From NCBI GenBank assembly GCA_013239625.1, contig MU053881.1:3536001-3600000 (forward strand): 64,000 nt of DNA. The letters run 5' to 3'. Under the pieces are notes generated by a model. It was not told the DNA's origin. It searched no databases and saw only the letters and a program-made list of their open reading frames with translations. Positions 50,073 to 63,364 of this stretch are shown here, in pieces (the stretch's first letter is position 1; the number at the start of each line of letters is the position of its first letter). The position numbers and the translations under genes are program-made. The stretch is from Lama guanicoe. Its lineage: Eukaryota.

Positions 50073-51024
50073 AAGAATTCAGGTTTGAGATCCTTGCAAG
50101 AAACACAGGAGGAAATTTTTTTTTTAAATAGGCAGTCGGTGTATACCAAGCATCCTTATCAAGGAGCTCAGCAGAGAAACTAGTCTGGAAACCCTAGTCC
50201 TCACCTGGACCCCAAGTTCAACATGCCAGAAGTTAAACTTGTTACCAGCAGAAGCAACACACCTTTGATTCAATGATTTCTTGTGTCACCAGAACCAGGC
50301 ACAAGGCCAGGCCTAGGCCAGCTACTCACTTTGTGTTTGTTGGAAGAACAAATGGGCACCTATTTCATGCTCTGGACAAACAAGGGTGAGTAAGAGAGAG
50401 TCCTTCCCTGAAGGAGCAAATCCTTTGGGAGCAAAGATAGCATCTTAGTTTGGATTCCCCCTGATTCAGGCCCAGGGATGAGGATTTGGGTACACGTCAA
50501 TTTGGGAGGTGAAAGGAAATACTGGTGGGGGAGGAAGGAAGTGAGACTAGAACAAGAAGGCAACCAATTAAAGTGCATTGAGGAGCCAGCTAGTGCTTAT
50601 CAAGCCAGGGAAACTCCGGGAGGCCAGACAGTCACAGCTCAGAATCATCCTGCCCCAAGATGGGCAAGCTAAGGCATTACACACCCACACTCATCAGGCT
50701 AAGGCTGAGGACCAATCCTAGAGGGCATTCCTGAACTCCAGCAGCAAGAGAAAGCCCTAGGGCAGCTGGAAGATGCACATTGAAAGGATAAGGGGACACA
50801 GATGCTGCAACCACAGTGGAATAGGGTGTGACACCTAAGGTGACCTCTACAAAACTAGAAAAGCAAATGTAATGTAATGTGATAAGTCGGTGACAGCTCA
50901 GCTGACATGACAGTGCCCACTGCATCACTTGGCTCAGCGTCTATATATACAAACATTTGTTAAATAAATGGACAAAGGCTACAAGAAATAGCAAAGAGAG
51001 AGCAACTATTTCTCACAGTACTTT

Positions 51025-51420
51025 TGCCACAGACACTGGCTAGCACTTCACCTTTTCCCTTTTTCTTACGCAGACCACACTTCCCAGCCTCCTCTGCAGG
51101 TAGGCAAGGTCATGTGATGGAGTTCTGGCCAATGGAATGTGATCAGAAGGGATGTAACCATGTTCACGGCTGGTCCACTCGACCCTCCAAAGCACAATCC
51201 TTTGTGTCTTCTCATCTTCTGTCTGCATGGAGAGAATTTTGAAGGCCCCGAGGATGGAGGGGTTTTGGGGTCTCTGAGTTTGCCACTTGGTGGAGAACTT
51301 CCTTGAGGAACAGCTTCACCGGGGACACTCATGTTGGACATTTGCTGAAAAAGAAATAAACTTGTATTGGATGAAGCCACTGAGCTTTTGGAACAGTTTG
51401 GTACAGCAGCTAGCCTACTC
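51025..51420 (+). mobile_element. MLT1-type LTR
   Basis: cacacttcccagcctcctctgcagg...catgtgatggagttctggccaatggaatg...agaaataaacttgtatt...tacagcagctagcct. Confidence 0.8.
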
Positions 51421-52232
51421 GAACACAGTGGGTTCTCTAAATATTTGTGAATGCTAACTGGAAGAAATGGTCTATTTGAATGCTCAAAGTTGGCGATGCT
51501 CTTGGGAAGCTGGAGAAAAGTGGGTTTCTGACAACAGCTGAAAGGAGAGGTGAAATGACATGAATAACCAATTTCATTTCATTCTCAGGCTTGCCCAAGG
51601 CAAATAATACAAGCAAGACCTGTAATATTAAATTTCTCCTGGAGGAATATGAGCCCATTTTCCTCTATCTCATCCCCAGTAAAAGCATAAAAAGTTTGGC
51701 CTCCTGCCTGCATAAAATTACCTCTCATATACTTGATGGTTATTATAAAGCCACCTTTTCAGTGCTCCGAAGTGCTCATTTCATCTTATAAATCAATATG
51801 GAAACTGCTTTGCAATTTCAGCCCTTTGGAAAATTAAGCGAGAGAATCAGTAGCTGGGGCTGAGTCTATAAGAAGTGAGCTGGCTGGCTGATCCTTTTCT
51901 TCTTCCTTGCCTCCTCCTGGAAGGAGGGAGGTTGAGGCAGGTGACAGCCCAGAGATGTTCATGTAGAACAGAGCTTGGAGTTGAAAGTTTCAGACACTAA
52001 CTGTGTGCCAGTTACTTTCCACTCTCAGTCTTAGTTGATTCTGGCAACAATCCTATCAATAGATATTATTATTATTCCCATTTAACAGATGCAAAAACTG
52101 AGGCAGAAATAGATTGATGAAGTCATGTACCAAAGGTCACACAGCTGGCATGTTGTGGGAGAAACAGTTTGAATCCAATACTGTTCATGTCCACTATGAC
52201 ATGTGTCCTGGGGCCACGAGCTGGTTATTTAC

Positions 52233-52672
52233 TATTATGGGTTGAACTGTGTGCACCTCAACTCCTCCTGAAAAAGATATTCAAGTCCTAACCCCAGTAC
52301 CTACGGACATGAGCTCATTTGGAAGTAAGAGTCTTTTGCAGACAATTAAGTTTAGATCAAGTTAAGGTTTTCAGATGGGTCTTAATCTACTATGCTTGGC
52401 ATCATGAAAAAGGGAAATTTGGACACAGACATATACCCAGGGAAGATCATGTGAATACAGAGAGAATGACATCTACAGCCGAGGAAATCCCAAGGAAACC
52501 AGAGGCTAGGAGAGAAGCATGGAACAGATGCTCCTTCATAATCCTCAGGGAAACAGCCCGTCAACACCTTGACTTCAGACTTCAAAGCTCCATAACCAGG
52601 AGACAATACATTTCTGTTGTTAGAGCCACAAGTCTGTGGTACTTAGTTGCAGTGACCCCCCAGAAACTAATT
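52233..52672 (+). mobile_element. MLT1A-C-type LTR inserted among MIR pieces
   Basis: tatgggttgaactgtgt...aagtcctaacccccagtacc...agtctgtggtacttagttgcag...agaaactaat. Confidence 0.85.
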
Positions 52673-53619
52673 CACTTACCACCTTGGAATCTCAATTTGC
52701 TCATCTGTACAGAGGAAAGATGAGCCATATCTCCTCTGGAAAGTTCCAGGGTCTGTTAAATGAGATAATGCATGTCCTGTACCCAGTAGGGCTCAATAAA
52801 TAGTAGCAGTTATTATCAACATTTGGGGTAGGAACCCCCCCCCATGACATTGCAGAAAAGCCACCCTTCATTATGTCCCCACCCCTCTTGGGGAGAACAT
52901 TTTCTTACTTCCAGGGGCTGCCTAGTTTTCTGCAGAGTTTCTTTAATAATGCAGCATTGATTAACCAACAAAATGAGTAGAATGTTATTGATCTCACAGG
53001 TTTGCACGAGGAATAAAAGTGAGCATGTCTGTTAAAGTTCTTAGCAAGGTGTCAATTTCCATTCAGCTGTGAAGGGACATGATTATTTGCACACATGGTC
53101 CTACTTCTTGTTGACAAAATGTTTATCAAGCTGTGGCCCAAGCTCCCGATCTCTAAGCAGGGTCTCAGTTCAACAGATGAAGTCCAGCAGTGAAAAACCA
53201 TTTCCAGTGTGACCCAAGTCGTTTACTTGTTTCTCTGGCGCCGTACACTAGCAGCTGTCAAAGTTTCCTCTTTGGTCCTACATTCTGCAGCCTGCTTCCT
53301 GACGTCCTGCTCCCAGCTTCTCCAAAAAGCACCTCCTTCTGCCCTTTCTCACTCTATTCTGTCTCCCTTGCCCTCTTACTCCTCTTCCATAGTCTGTATT
53401 CCTTTCCCTGCTCCGACCGTGAACATCGAAGTTAATACCATGAAGCAAAGATAGAAGAGGGGAGGGGACCACTGCTGTCTTTAGTGGCAGGTGGAAGACG
53501 AAAAACTGAGAGCACTTGTGGGTTCGTCAGTTTTTGTTCCATGACAAAGAACATGTCCCCTTCAAGCCGTGAGGTGGGGCAGGGCTGATTTGATAAAAAA
53601 GACAATGTCAAAAGCACAG

Positions 53620-53820
53620 TCAATATGATCTGAATTCAAATCCCATATCTGGCAAATGCTAGCTGGGCATGGTACTTAACTTCTCTGAACCTCTGAATGC
53701 TTATCTGCAAAATGAGGCTACAAATGGACATTTCACAGGGTAGGCTGAGGATTAAATGAGATCACAAATGTGCATCACTTGGCGGTGTGTCCCCAGAGTA
53801 GACACATGCTCGCTATTATT
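53620..53820 (+). mobile_element. MIR SINE
   Basis: tacttaacttctctgaacctctg...atctgcaaaatgagg...gaggattaaatgagat. Confidence 0.75.
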
Positions 53821-56059
53821 AATAGCCACCAATTTATGAAACAAGCTTGATTCGGGAGGATAACAGCAGAGCGCAAATTTAGTTCTATCTGTGACGTCCC
53901 TTTAAATTTATCTTTTAAGGCAAGTTCTCTCCTTGCTCCTGGAAGAAATTTAGGACAGGCTCCAAGACATTTTTCTGGGCGTTCTTAGATGATTAAGTTC
54001 CTTTGATCAATCTGATTGCCCAAATAATCTTATTACAGTAGTTAAAATGTCTAGTCCTGTGTGCCGATCATAATTTCTCCCTTTCTTCTGGCAGGCTAGC
54101 CACCTACAGTGGGAATAACAGCGCAAGTTTCTTTCTTCCTGCCTGCTCTCTGCTTCTGTCCCTCCTCTTGCCTGTTCCCCAGCTCCACATAAAGAGAGAG
54201 GACAAACCAAAGTACAGACCACACCTCCATCCTCATCTTAAGGTCCATAAACCCCAGGCCTGGCATGAGTTGAAGGTGGGGGATAATTTTGAATCACACA
54301 TTATATTAGAGGTTTTAAATGGACCGGAATGTATTTTAATAGCTACAAGTTACAGAGAAATCATGTCATCTGTTCAAAGTCTTTTCAAAGGACCTGATAC
54401 CCAGCAGGAGGGAGACAGAACATGTTTCAAAGGTGACATCTTTTGATTTGTGCCCCTCCTTTAATTAATAATCCTTTAAATAGAGGACGCAGTGCCAATA
54501 GTTGGAGTGTTCCAGACTTCACATGCACATTCCAGGAAAGAAGGATATTTCCTTCTTCTCAGTTATTAAACTAAAGTACCAGGCTTCACCCTTTTTGGAC
54601 CAACTTGGATCACTTGCTTGTGCCTGAAATGACCATTGTTCCCAAGAGAAAGCTTTGTTCTGATTGGCTCAGAGCTGGGTTTCTGCCATCTCTGAGCCAA
54701 TCACTGTGAGAGGATGACGGCCTCCGTCCAATAAGGGTTCACCCCTGGGAAAGGGGTGGGTTAATGAGGAAGGGGAGGGGCAACAAGTAGAATTCTTCCC
54801 TACCTGTCCCTCTGGTCAGTGAGGTCCCTTGACCCTCCCTGTTTTGTTTTCATTCGTTTGAGGCTTGGAGCACAAGGTAATTCTAGCTAAAAGTCTGTTT
54901 AGGAAGTTGTTTATTTAATTAGCAGGGAAGCCAGCTATTTATAAGCCAGAAACCCAAAGAAACATTTTCTTTCCCATTGAAATCCAATAAGCCTGCCAGC
55001 AGAAGCTTCACTGGGCCCCTAAGGCCTCTCTCCCCAGCTCAACCCTGCTCTCTGCAGGCAGCAGAGTCTCGCTGTAAGTGGTAATAATAACTCACATTTG
55101 TAAACTGCTTTGCAATTTGCAAAAGGCTTTCACATTCATTACACCACTTAATCAACAAAGAGTCCTGAGGAAGGATGCTGGTTTGGGAGCTGCTGTGTGG
55201 GTTTCATAGGCATAGGAATGGAAAGAAAGAATTATGCACATGATTCTGTGAGGCCAGGGTGGTTAAGGCTTCCGGGGAATGTGTGGTTGGAGGGTTACAA
55301 AGGGACATTAGAGTTTCTGTCTTCCCTCTTCCTTTTGCTAACTGACCCTATTCCTTTAGAGCATCCAATTTCCCCTCCTGAATATGGTCTTGGGTCTTAG
55401 TGGAATTATTAACCAAGATGTGCACTCTTGCTGGCCAAAAATGGCCTCTGACCTAAGAAAGGCCAGCTGGGTGCCTCTCCTGAGAATCTGAATTTTGATG
55501 AGAATCACAGAAAGAAAGTGACATTCTGACAATCCTTGACCTTTCCTCCATATAAGCCAGTTTTCCCTTTAAATCAGATGAGTACACACAGGACATCATA
55601 TGTAACTAGGCATGGTGCCGAAGGACCCCCAGGTGTCCTCTCTTGGTAAATCTCGGGGAAGCAGAAATGCATATGCCCATTGGCAACAAGAATGGAAAAC
55701 AGAAAGAACAGGGCAGCAGAGACCGAGAGACACTGAATAACTGGGTAACTGTCATCCAGCCCTCAAGAGCAGTTCCACTCCAAGGCCAGAACTCTCCTCC
55801 CACCAAAAGCACTTTCCTGGGCTTTTTGCTTTGAATGTTGCTACTCATTCCTGCAGCCCTCAAACAGATCACCACCTCCCCCAGGGCCCATTCCCCCCTC
55901 TAAATAGATTCTGAAGGCTGAGGCCATGCTCTTTCGTCTTCAACGTCCTGATACTGGTGTCAGACACATGGACAGCATTTGACAAATTGGTGTTAAATGA
56001 ACAGGCACAGATAGACAGAATCAGTTAACTAAATATGTGAAGGTAAAATCATAAAAAAT

Positions 56060-57590
56060 ATTTTTAATTGGGCAGAATGACACATCATAAAAATCATGAT
56101 CATATTTACCTATAAAAAATCACATATCATAAAAATGAAAAAATTAAGTATACCATTCAGTTATCTTTAGCATATTCACAAGTTTGGGCAAGTTTGGGCA
56201 AACATTACCACTAATCACCACCAAAAGTAATCCCCTACCCATCAGCAGTCACTCCTCATTTCCTGATCCTCTAACTCCTGACAATTTATAACCATATGGA
56301 TTTACCTTAGACTTTTGATATAAATGGACTCATACAATACAGGATATTTTGTGTCTGATTTCTTTCATTTAGCACAATGTTTACAAAGCTTATCCACATA
56401 TCAGCATATGTCAGTGCCTTATTACTTTTTTGTGTGCTGAGTATTATTCTATGGTAAGGATATACCATATTTTTCTAGCCATTCATCATTGATGGACACT
56501 TTGGTCCTTCCCAGTTTTAGATTATCATGAATAATGCTATGAATATCCATGTAGAAGTTTCTGTGTTGAATGTATGTTTCAGTTCTTTCGGATATATACC
56601 TAGGAGCGGAATTGCCGGGTCATATGGCAACTCTATGTCTAAATTTTTGAGGAACTGACAGTTTTACAGTGCATCTGTGCCATTTTCCATTCCCATGAGC
56701 AACGTATGAGAGTTCTAATTCCTCCAATCCTCATCAATACTTGTTATTTTCCGTTTCGTTAAAGACAATTGTTATGATAACCATCCTAGTGAGTGTGGAG
56801 TATCTCATTGTGGTTTTGACTTGCGTTTCCCCAGTAAGTAATGATCTCTGGCATCCTTTCGTGCATCTGTTGGCCTTTTATGTGTCTTTTGGGGGCGGGG
56901 AAATGTCTATTCAAATCCTTTGTCTCTTGTTTAGATCACACTACTTGTCTTTTTATTGTTGAATTGTGAGAGTCCTTTAAGTATTCTGAATGGTAGACCC
57001 TGATCAGATATATTCTTGAAAATAGTTTCCCCCACTCTGCATGTTGTCTTTCCACTGTGTTGCTAGTGCCCTTTGACAAAGTTTTCAATTTTGATAAGGT
57101 CTGGTTTCTTTATTTTTATGCTTTGCATCATATCTAATAAAATTTTGTCTAGTCCAAGCTCACAAAGACTTACACCTATGTTTTCTTCTGAGCGATTTAT
57201 AGTTGTGACTCTTACATTAAGATCTTTGGTCCATTTAGAGTTAGTTTTTGTGTGGTGTGAGGTAGGGGTCCAACTTCATGCTTGCTTTCTTATGTGGATG
57301 TAGAGTTGCCCCAGCATCTTCTGTTGAAAAGATCATTTCTTTCCCCATTAAATAGTCTTGGTGCTCTTGTTGAAAACCAATTGGCCTCTGGTGTATGGGT
57401 TTATGTCTGGACTTTCAATCCTTTTCCATCACTCTGTATGTCTGTAGCTATGCCGTCACCACACTCTTTAGATTACTGCAGATTTTAGTATGTTTTAAAA
57501 TTGGGGAGGACTTTGTTTTACTTTTTCCGGGAGGTTTTGGCTCTTGCATTTTTATATGAATTTTAGAATCAACTTATCCATTTCTGAAAA
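56060..57590 (-). mobile_element. L1M fragment (~1.5 kb)
   Basis: atatacctaggagcggaattgccgggtcatatgg...tatctcattgtggttttgacttgcgtttccc...tatgaattttagaatcaactt. Confidence 0.9.
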
Positions 57591-58469
57591 AAAAAGTTTT
57601 CATCTCTAAGAAGTCGAATGTCACTTTTCCTTCTTTGGAAGAGCTGATGTAAGAAGAGGAAAACAGAGAGGGAGAAGATGGGGAGAAGAGGTAGAATTTC
57701 CCTCCTCCAAACTTTCAACTTCTAATCTGATAACAGAGCTTATCTCTTACAAGAGCCTCATTCGTTACAGTTAACAAATCACTTTCACCTTAACCTGCAA
57801 ATTGTCTATTGATTTTTGCCTGAAAGAAATTACCTTCTAATGTGGCAACTTTCCCATCAACATTCTAAAATGCTCGCCTTATGGAATTAGCATCCTGTTA
57901 ACCTGCCCGTCTCTTTAAGTGTTTTTCCTCTTCAAAAATTATAATTAAATACCGTTGCCAGCCAGAATTAGACAGCGCTTTGAACATTAATGTCTACTCA
58001 GTTATCTTTTCCTGTGGCTAGAATCTTAACCCAAAGTGAAGCTCAGAAAGATGGGTTTTCTCTTTCTAAAACTGGTTCTTTGGTTGCTGTTGTTTCTTTA
58101 TTTTCCACCTTTCTTTACTCCAAGTGGGTCCTTTGAGCTCCAAGAGAGAAGTAGACAAGACCTTCTGTCTGACCTGTGCAGATTAAAGGGACTCATCTTC
58201 TTAAGCAGGAGCAAAATGGAAGCCACTATACACGGTAAAGACACACACACAACGTAGGCTTGAGAATGGGAATTCACAGAAGGAAAAGACCAGAGCTCAC
58301 CTTCCACTGGGACCAGAACTCTCCCTCTGACCCAACTGAAAGCAAGAGGCAGACTTCGATGTGCTCTATATGAGACAGCCTCCCTGGCACAGGACAGTGG
58401 AGAGGAGACAGGAGAATGGGTCTGGGAAGGCAGATGGGAAATATCCAGCTGGGAAGGAGTGACCATTGT

Positions 58470-58840
58470 CCACTTTACTCCACAGTGTCTTAATGTTTTC
58501 CATAGTGGCTGAAGCAGTCTTCCTCCCATCAGCATGGGCGCCATCTACTGGCCATTTTATCTTCCTCTTTAATGAAATACCTCTTCATACCTCTTGCTTA
58601 TTTTCCAACTGGATTCGTTTCCTTTCATTATTGATTGGAGAGCATTCTTTATACATTTTGGATGTCAGTCCTTTGTTATTTATACATTCCTTTCCATTTG
58701 TGGTTTCCATTTTCACTTCATGGGAGTTTTTGATCACAGATCTTAGTTTTAATACCATGGAGTTTATCAATCTTCTTTCTTTATAGTCTGTGCTTTTCAT
58801 GTGTTATTGAACAATGCCATACTAATTCCAGGGTCAAAAT
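58470..58840 (-). mobile_element. Ancient L1M fragment
   Basis: ttttccatagtggctg...ttctttatacattttggat...tttatcaatctt. Confidence 0.65.
58538..58551 (-). promoter_or_regulatory. Candidate CTCF site CCAGTAGATGGCGC
   Basis: 14/14 match to the CTCF core consensus CCASYAGRKGGCRS, with its CpG retained. Binding is untested. Confidence 0.55.
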
Positions 58841-59517
58841 GTGGGGTTTTCTTCCTAATGATTAACATAAGTTTCATTGTGAAAAGTATTAAAACATGGA
58901 GAAAAGCAAGGATAAAAAGAAAAAATCACCTATAATTCCATTACCAGAAAAAAACCACTAGCATTCATTTTTATAACTTTTAGTCTCACATAAACCACTT
59001 GGTACTCAAATAAGCCTCATGAAAAAAAATCCATGGTCAACACTGCATCATTTCTAGTATGCCAAAATAGCCAATCCTTCATTAAAAATATTCAATATTG
59101 ACTAATTTTTATTTCTTTCCTTGAATTGCTAGTTTTTCCGCTGCTCTAGTAGCAACTTAGCTTTGTACTGCAAGTGCGTCTTATGCTTTAGACAGAAAGA
59201 AGACATGTTTGAGTCCAAGGTGAGACAGAGGAAGAAAGTCAAATGTTGAGATATGGCCTCAAGGCATCAAATAATAGAAAAGTCATCTTGAATGCACCAT
59301 ATGGAAACAAGGCCAGGCCTTCTGCCCAGCTCCCAAGCAGCTCTCCAAATCTAAGCTTGACAGCATCTTGTTTACAGCAAAAAGAAATATTTCCCTTTGC
59401 TGTTAAATAAAATCTGTAAATATCATGGCTTTCTGGACTTAATTCTGCAGATGCAAGGTCATTCTCTTAACTAGGGATAGGCCATCCTCTCTATGAGCCC
59501 ATGTCTTATAAAGCAGG

Positions 59518-62124
59518 TGTCTCAGTTCATCTATCACTAAGGCAACAAGTTGCCCCAAAATGTAATGACTTGAAACAATAACAATTTATTATCTCTCATG
59601 GTTTCTATGGGTCGGGAAATCAGTACAGGTTCAGATGAACTGTTAAGGCAAGGATTTCTCTCTGGTTGCAGTTAGATGAGTAAGCTGGAACCGTGGCAGG
59701 TCTGAGGCAGCTGAGAGCTGACCTTGGATCTCCCTCTTTCTCTCTCTCTCGTCATGGGTCCCCAAGGCCTCGCCATGTGGTCTCTCTGTGTGGTGGTCTC
59801 TCTGCAGGCTAGGTTGGGCTCTCTCGTAGCATGTTGTCCTCAGGGCAATGGAACTGCTTTTACATCACGGCTTCAAGAGGCAGTGTACGAGCAACGAAGG
59901 TTGAAGTTTGCATTGTTTTTATCATCCAGTCTCAAAAGTCACAGTGTCATTTTCACCCCAAAAGAGTTGCAGAGGGCCACCTGATTTAAAGGGGAAGGGA
60001 CATAGATCCTACTTCTCAATGGGAAGAGTATAAAAGCGCTTGAAGATATATTTTAAACTGACCACAGTCTTCCCTCTAAGCACAAATCATTTACATTTCT
60101 CCCACATGCAAAATACACTCACCTGCTCCCAAGACCCCCCTGCCCCCAGAAGTTTCACCCTATTCTGGCATCAGGCTCAGGCTCAAGGTCCAGGATTACT
60201 GCCACTATATCAGATCCAGGGGCCGACGAGGATCCTCACATGTGGTTCTTCTCAATCTAAAGAGCTGTGATCTGAGAAGACAAATTATCTGAAACCCTGC
60301 CCCAAATACAATGGGGAAGAGAGGCACAGGATAATCACAATAAACACTTCCATTCAAAAATGGGGAAAAGACGAGGCACATAGTCTATTGCACGTCTCAG
60401 CTCAGGCTTATTGACCAGGGCTTGGTCCTATTCCCTGGGAGTTGTTCTCCGTAATTCTTGGCTTTGACTACTGAGTTCTTGATTCTGTTGAGTTACCTTC
60501 CCTTTTCTCCAAGAAAAGGCTCATCTTTTCAGGCTGCTTCCTATGCAGAAAAGATTGGGGAACCAAAGATCTCTTTTCTTAAATATGAAAATGAATATAT
60601 GTATGTATATACATGATGGGGACACCGCTGTACACCAGAAACTGACACATTGTTAACTGACTGTACTTCAACTAAAAAAATTAAAAACAAATAAATTAAT
60701 TTAAAAATAAATAAATAAATAAATAATCAATCTCTTTACTTCTTGTGTTGCCTCTGCCCCTTTCATTCCAGGATGATGCAATTCCCTTAAACACTTTGTG
60801 GGTTTCCTGTGTGCTAAATTATAATCCACTCCATTAGACAGAGGCCACAAATATCTTCTAGAAAAGTCTCTCCCTACTTTGGGCTTCCTGTGAAGCAATT
60901 GTGGGATAATTGCCTTAAAATTCTTAGAAGTTCTGTTGTCTACTATTTAATAAAGAGGGTTTGCAAAGCATGCCCATAAAATCCTTAAGAGGATATTTAT
61001 CTGTCTGTCTGAAAAGGTCTGTAAGTCACAATGTTAGACTTTTTTTGCGGGGGGAGTGTGGATCCTAACAAAAGGTTTTACAGTCATATCCTTAGCTTCA
61101 TCTTTACTCTGAGGCTACATGTTCTGCACAGCACCCTGGATTTGATCTTTTTCCTGTGGTCTTTTATTTCCTTGAGAACCCTTTGCTTGATGGAGACTGA
61201 TCTTGATCCCTCTATGTTTCCTCCAAAAATCTACTAAAAAATCAAATAGTTTGTTCTTTGACTCATCTCTCTCCTTTCACATTTCGCTACAGGCAGCTAG
61301 AAGTCAGGGGGTGCCTCTGACATTCTACCCTGAAATCTCTCCAGCTACATCACTAGGTTTATTATGTATGTTTCTATCTTCCATGTTACCGTGGGCAACA
61401 CCTACCTACCAGTGTTGCTACACTTTCCACCACTATGTAGCAAGGGTCCCCTTTCCTTTACCTTCCAATAACATTCTCCCAGCTTTCATTTAAGCCCTCA
61501 CTAATAGCCTCAAGGCTTCTGCTATGAGGCTCCTCAAGGCCCTTCCAGCTTCCACTCACCACGCAGTCTCAAACCATCATGCAGCACTCCACCTGCAGGT
61601 ACAGTGTTCTGTTTCTCTAATCTCTTAAGTTACTTACCACCAATGCTGGTGGCTCAAAGCACAACAGCCATTTTACTATCTTTCATGGGTTTTGTGGGCC
61701 AGAAATTCAGAAAAAGCTCAGCTGGGCAGTTTGGGATCAAAGTGTTTCATGCAATTTTAGTCTGATGGTGACCAGCTTTGGGACAGCAGTGGATTGAAGC
61801 ATCTCTCTCTCCACTCTCCCCATTAGTTTCAGAACCTCTCTATGTGGCCTCTCCGCATGGGCTACTTTAGACTTCTTCGCAGCATGGTGGTCTCATGGCA
61901 CTTGAACTGTGTGCATGGTAAAGCAAATGTTCCACTGAGCAAGGTCAATGCTGCATCACTTTCTATGATGCGCATCAGAAGTCATCTAACTTTACTTCTG
62001 CCACATTCTATGGGTTGAAATAGTCACAAAAGCCCATCCAGTTTTAGGAGAAGGAGCACAGGTGCCACCTGGTCACCGAAGGGCTGTCACAGAATTGGTG
62101 GACACACTTTAAAATGGTCCCTAC
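59518..62124 (-). mobile_element. Two-LTR MaLR (MLT1) element: LTR ~59518-60065, internal ~60066-61605, LTR ~61606-62124
   Basis: Two same-orientation diverged LTRs (tttattatctctcatggtttctatgggtcgggaaat vs tttactatctttcatgggttttgtgggccagaaat) around an MLT1-int-like core (cccacatgcaaaatacactcacc). Confidence 0.75.
60580..60727 (+). mobile_element. Short L1 3' end with (TAAA)n tail nested in the MaLR internal region
   Basis: gctgtacaccagaaactgacacattgttaactgactgtacttcaact, with flanks atctcttttctt and atctctttactt. Confidence 0.85.
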
Positions 62125-63364
62125 AGATTTATTTCTTCTACAAGCACTTGCTGTGTGCCTACTGTGGGCCAGCTATCAAGCGTACACAGATGAATCAGAT
62201 AGAAGGCTTCCTGGAGCAGCTTAATCTCTAGTTATGAAGACCAAGAGGTAGAGGAACACTGTGCTACAGTGGGGTAGATATTTTAAGAGGACTGGCAAAA
62301 ATGCTGAGGGATAACGAGGGGGAGAAAGTAATGCCACCAATACAGTTTAGGGGAAGCACAGTGGAGAAGACAGCATTTGGCCTCTGCCTTGAAGGTAAAG
62401 CAGGTGTTCTCCAGCTGTGCGCATGCATGGAGGCATGAAGCATCTTAGCACAGCCTTTTCATTCTGGCTGAATGACGGTGACATTCTAAGTGTCATTCAG
62501 ATGGTGACATCTGTCGCAATGGTCACATGATGGTGACATTTCTAGTATAGATTCAGGAGCAATCGCAGTGAGTTCAATTCAGGACATGCTGATGTTTTCA
62601 GGTGCTGCTAAGACATCTGGAGGTCAAGGGGGACCCCTGGGTCCACCAACAAACAACCTGCTGGCAGGCCTGCTCTTTACCCTGTTTTTCAGCAGTGTCT
62701 TTTTTTGAAATCAAAGTATAGTCGATTTACAACATTGCGTTCATTTCTGGTGTATTTCTACAGGGTCTTAATTGCTCCTGCAGGACAGTCAATGGCTGCG
62801 GGTGGTGGCCCTCCTTCCATCTGGGTTGCCTGCTCCCAGCTCCTCAGGCTGTAAAGGAATATTCTAGAAATATGACCTTAGTTATGAGTTATAAATCCAC
62901 TGGAGGCACTCAGCCCAACCTCAGAGACAGAGTCAACTCTGGAATGGCTGTAATTACATCTCCTAAGGAAACAAGTGCTCCAAACTGTACACTTGGATGC
63001 TGAATTCACTGCCTTGTGGTGGCTTAGCCTCTGTCTGGCCAGAGGAGAAAGGTGCCTCTGAGATCAGCTCCCCCAGAAATTGGAAATTAGTGGCGTTTGA
63101 GCTGAAAATGGATTGCAGAGAGTGTTTATTTAAAAATGAATTAGTTGACAACATTAAAAAAATATTGGGAGATTTTACTTAAAGTGTCTGAATTGCTGCT
63201 TCTTCTGAAAAAAAATCAGAAGACTTAAATTTTGCCACCAGGCAAAAATCAGTTCCCACATGGTGACAGCTGGAGCCAAGCTGGGGCTGTGTCTCCAATT
63301 TGTCAAGTACTGAGAAGAATGTGGGGAAACATTCTCATCCCGGACTGCTAAATTGTACAATTTG

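Noticed and set aside
62474..62539. Short direct repeats with spacers as a CRISPR-like array
   Set aside because: The repeats are 11 nt with irregular spacers of 0-15 nt, the DNA is eukaryotic, and there are no cas genes.
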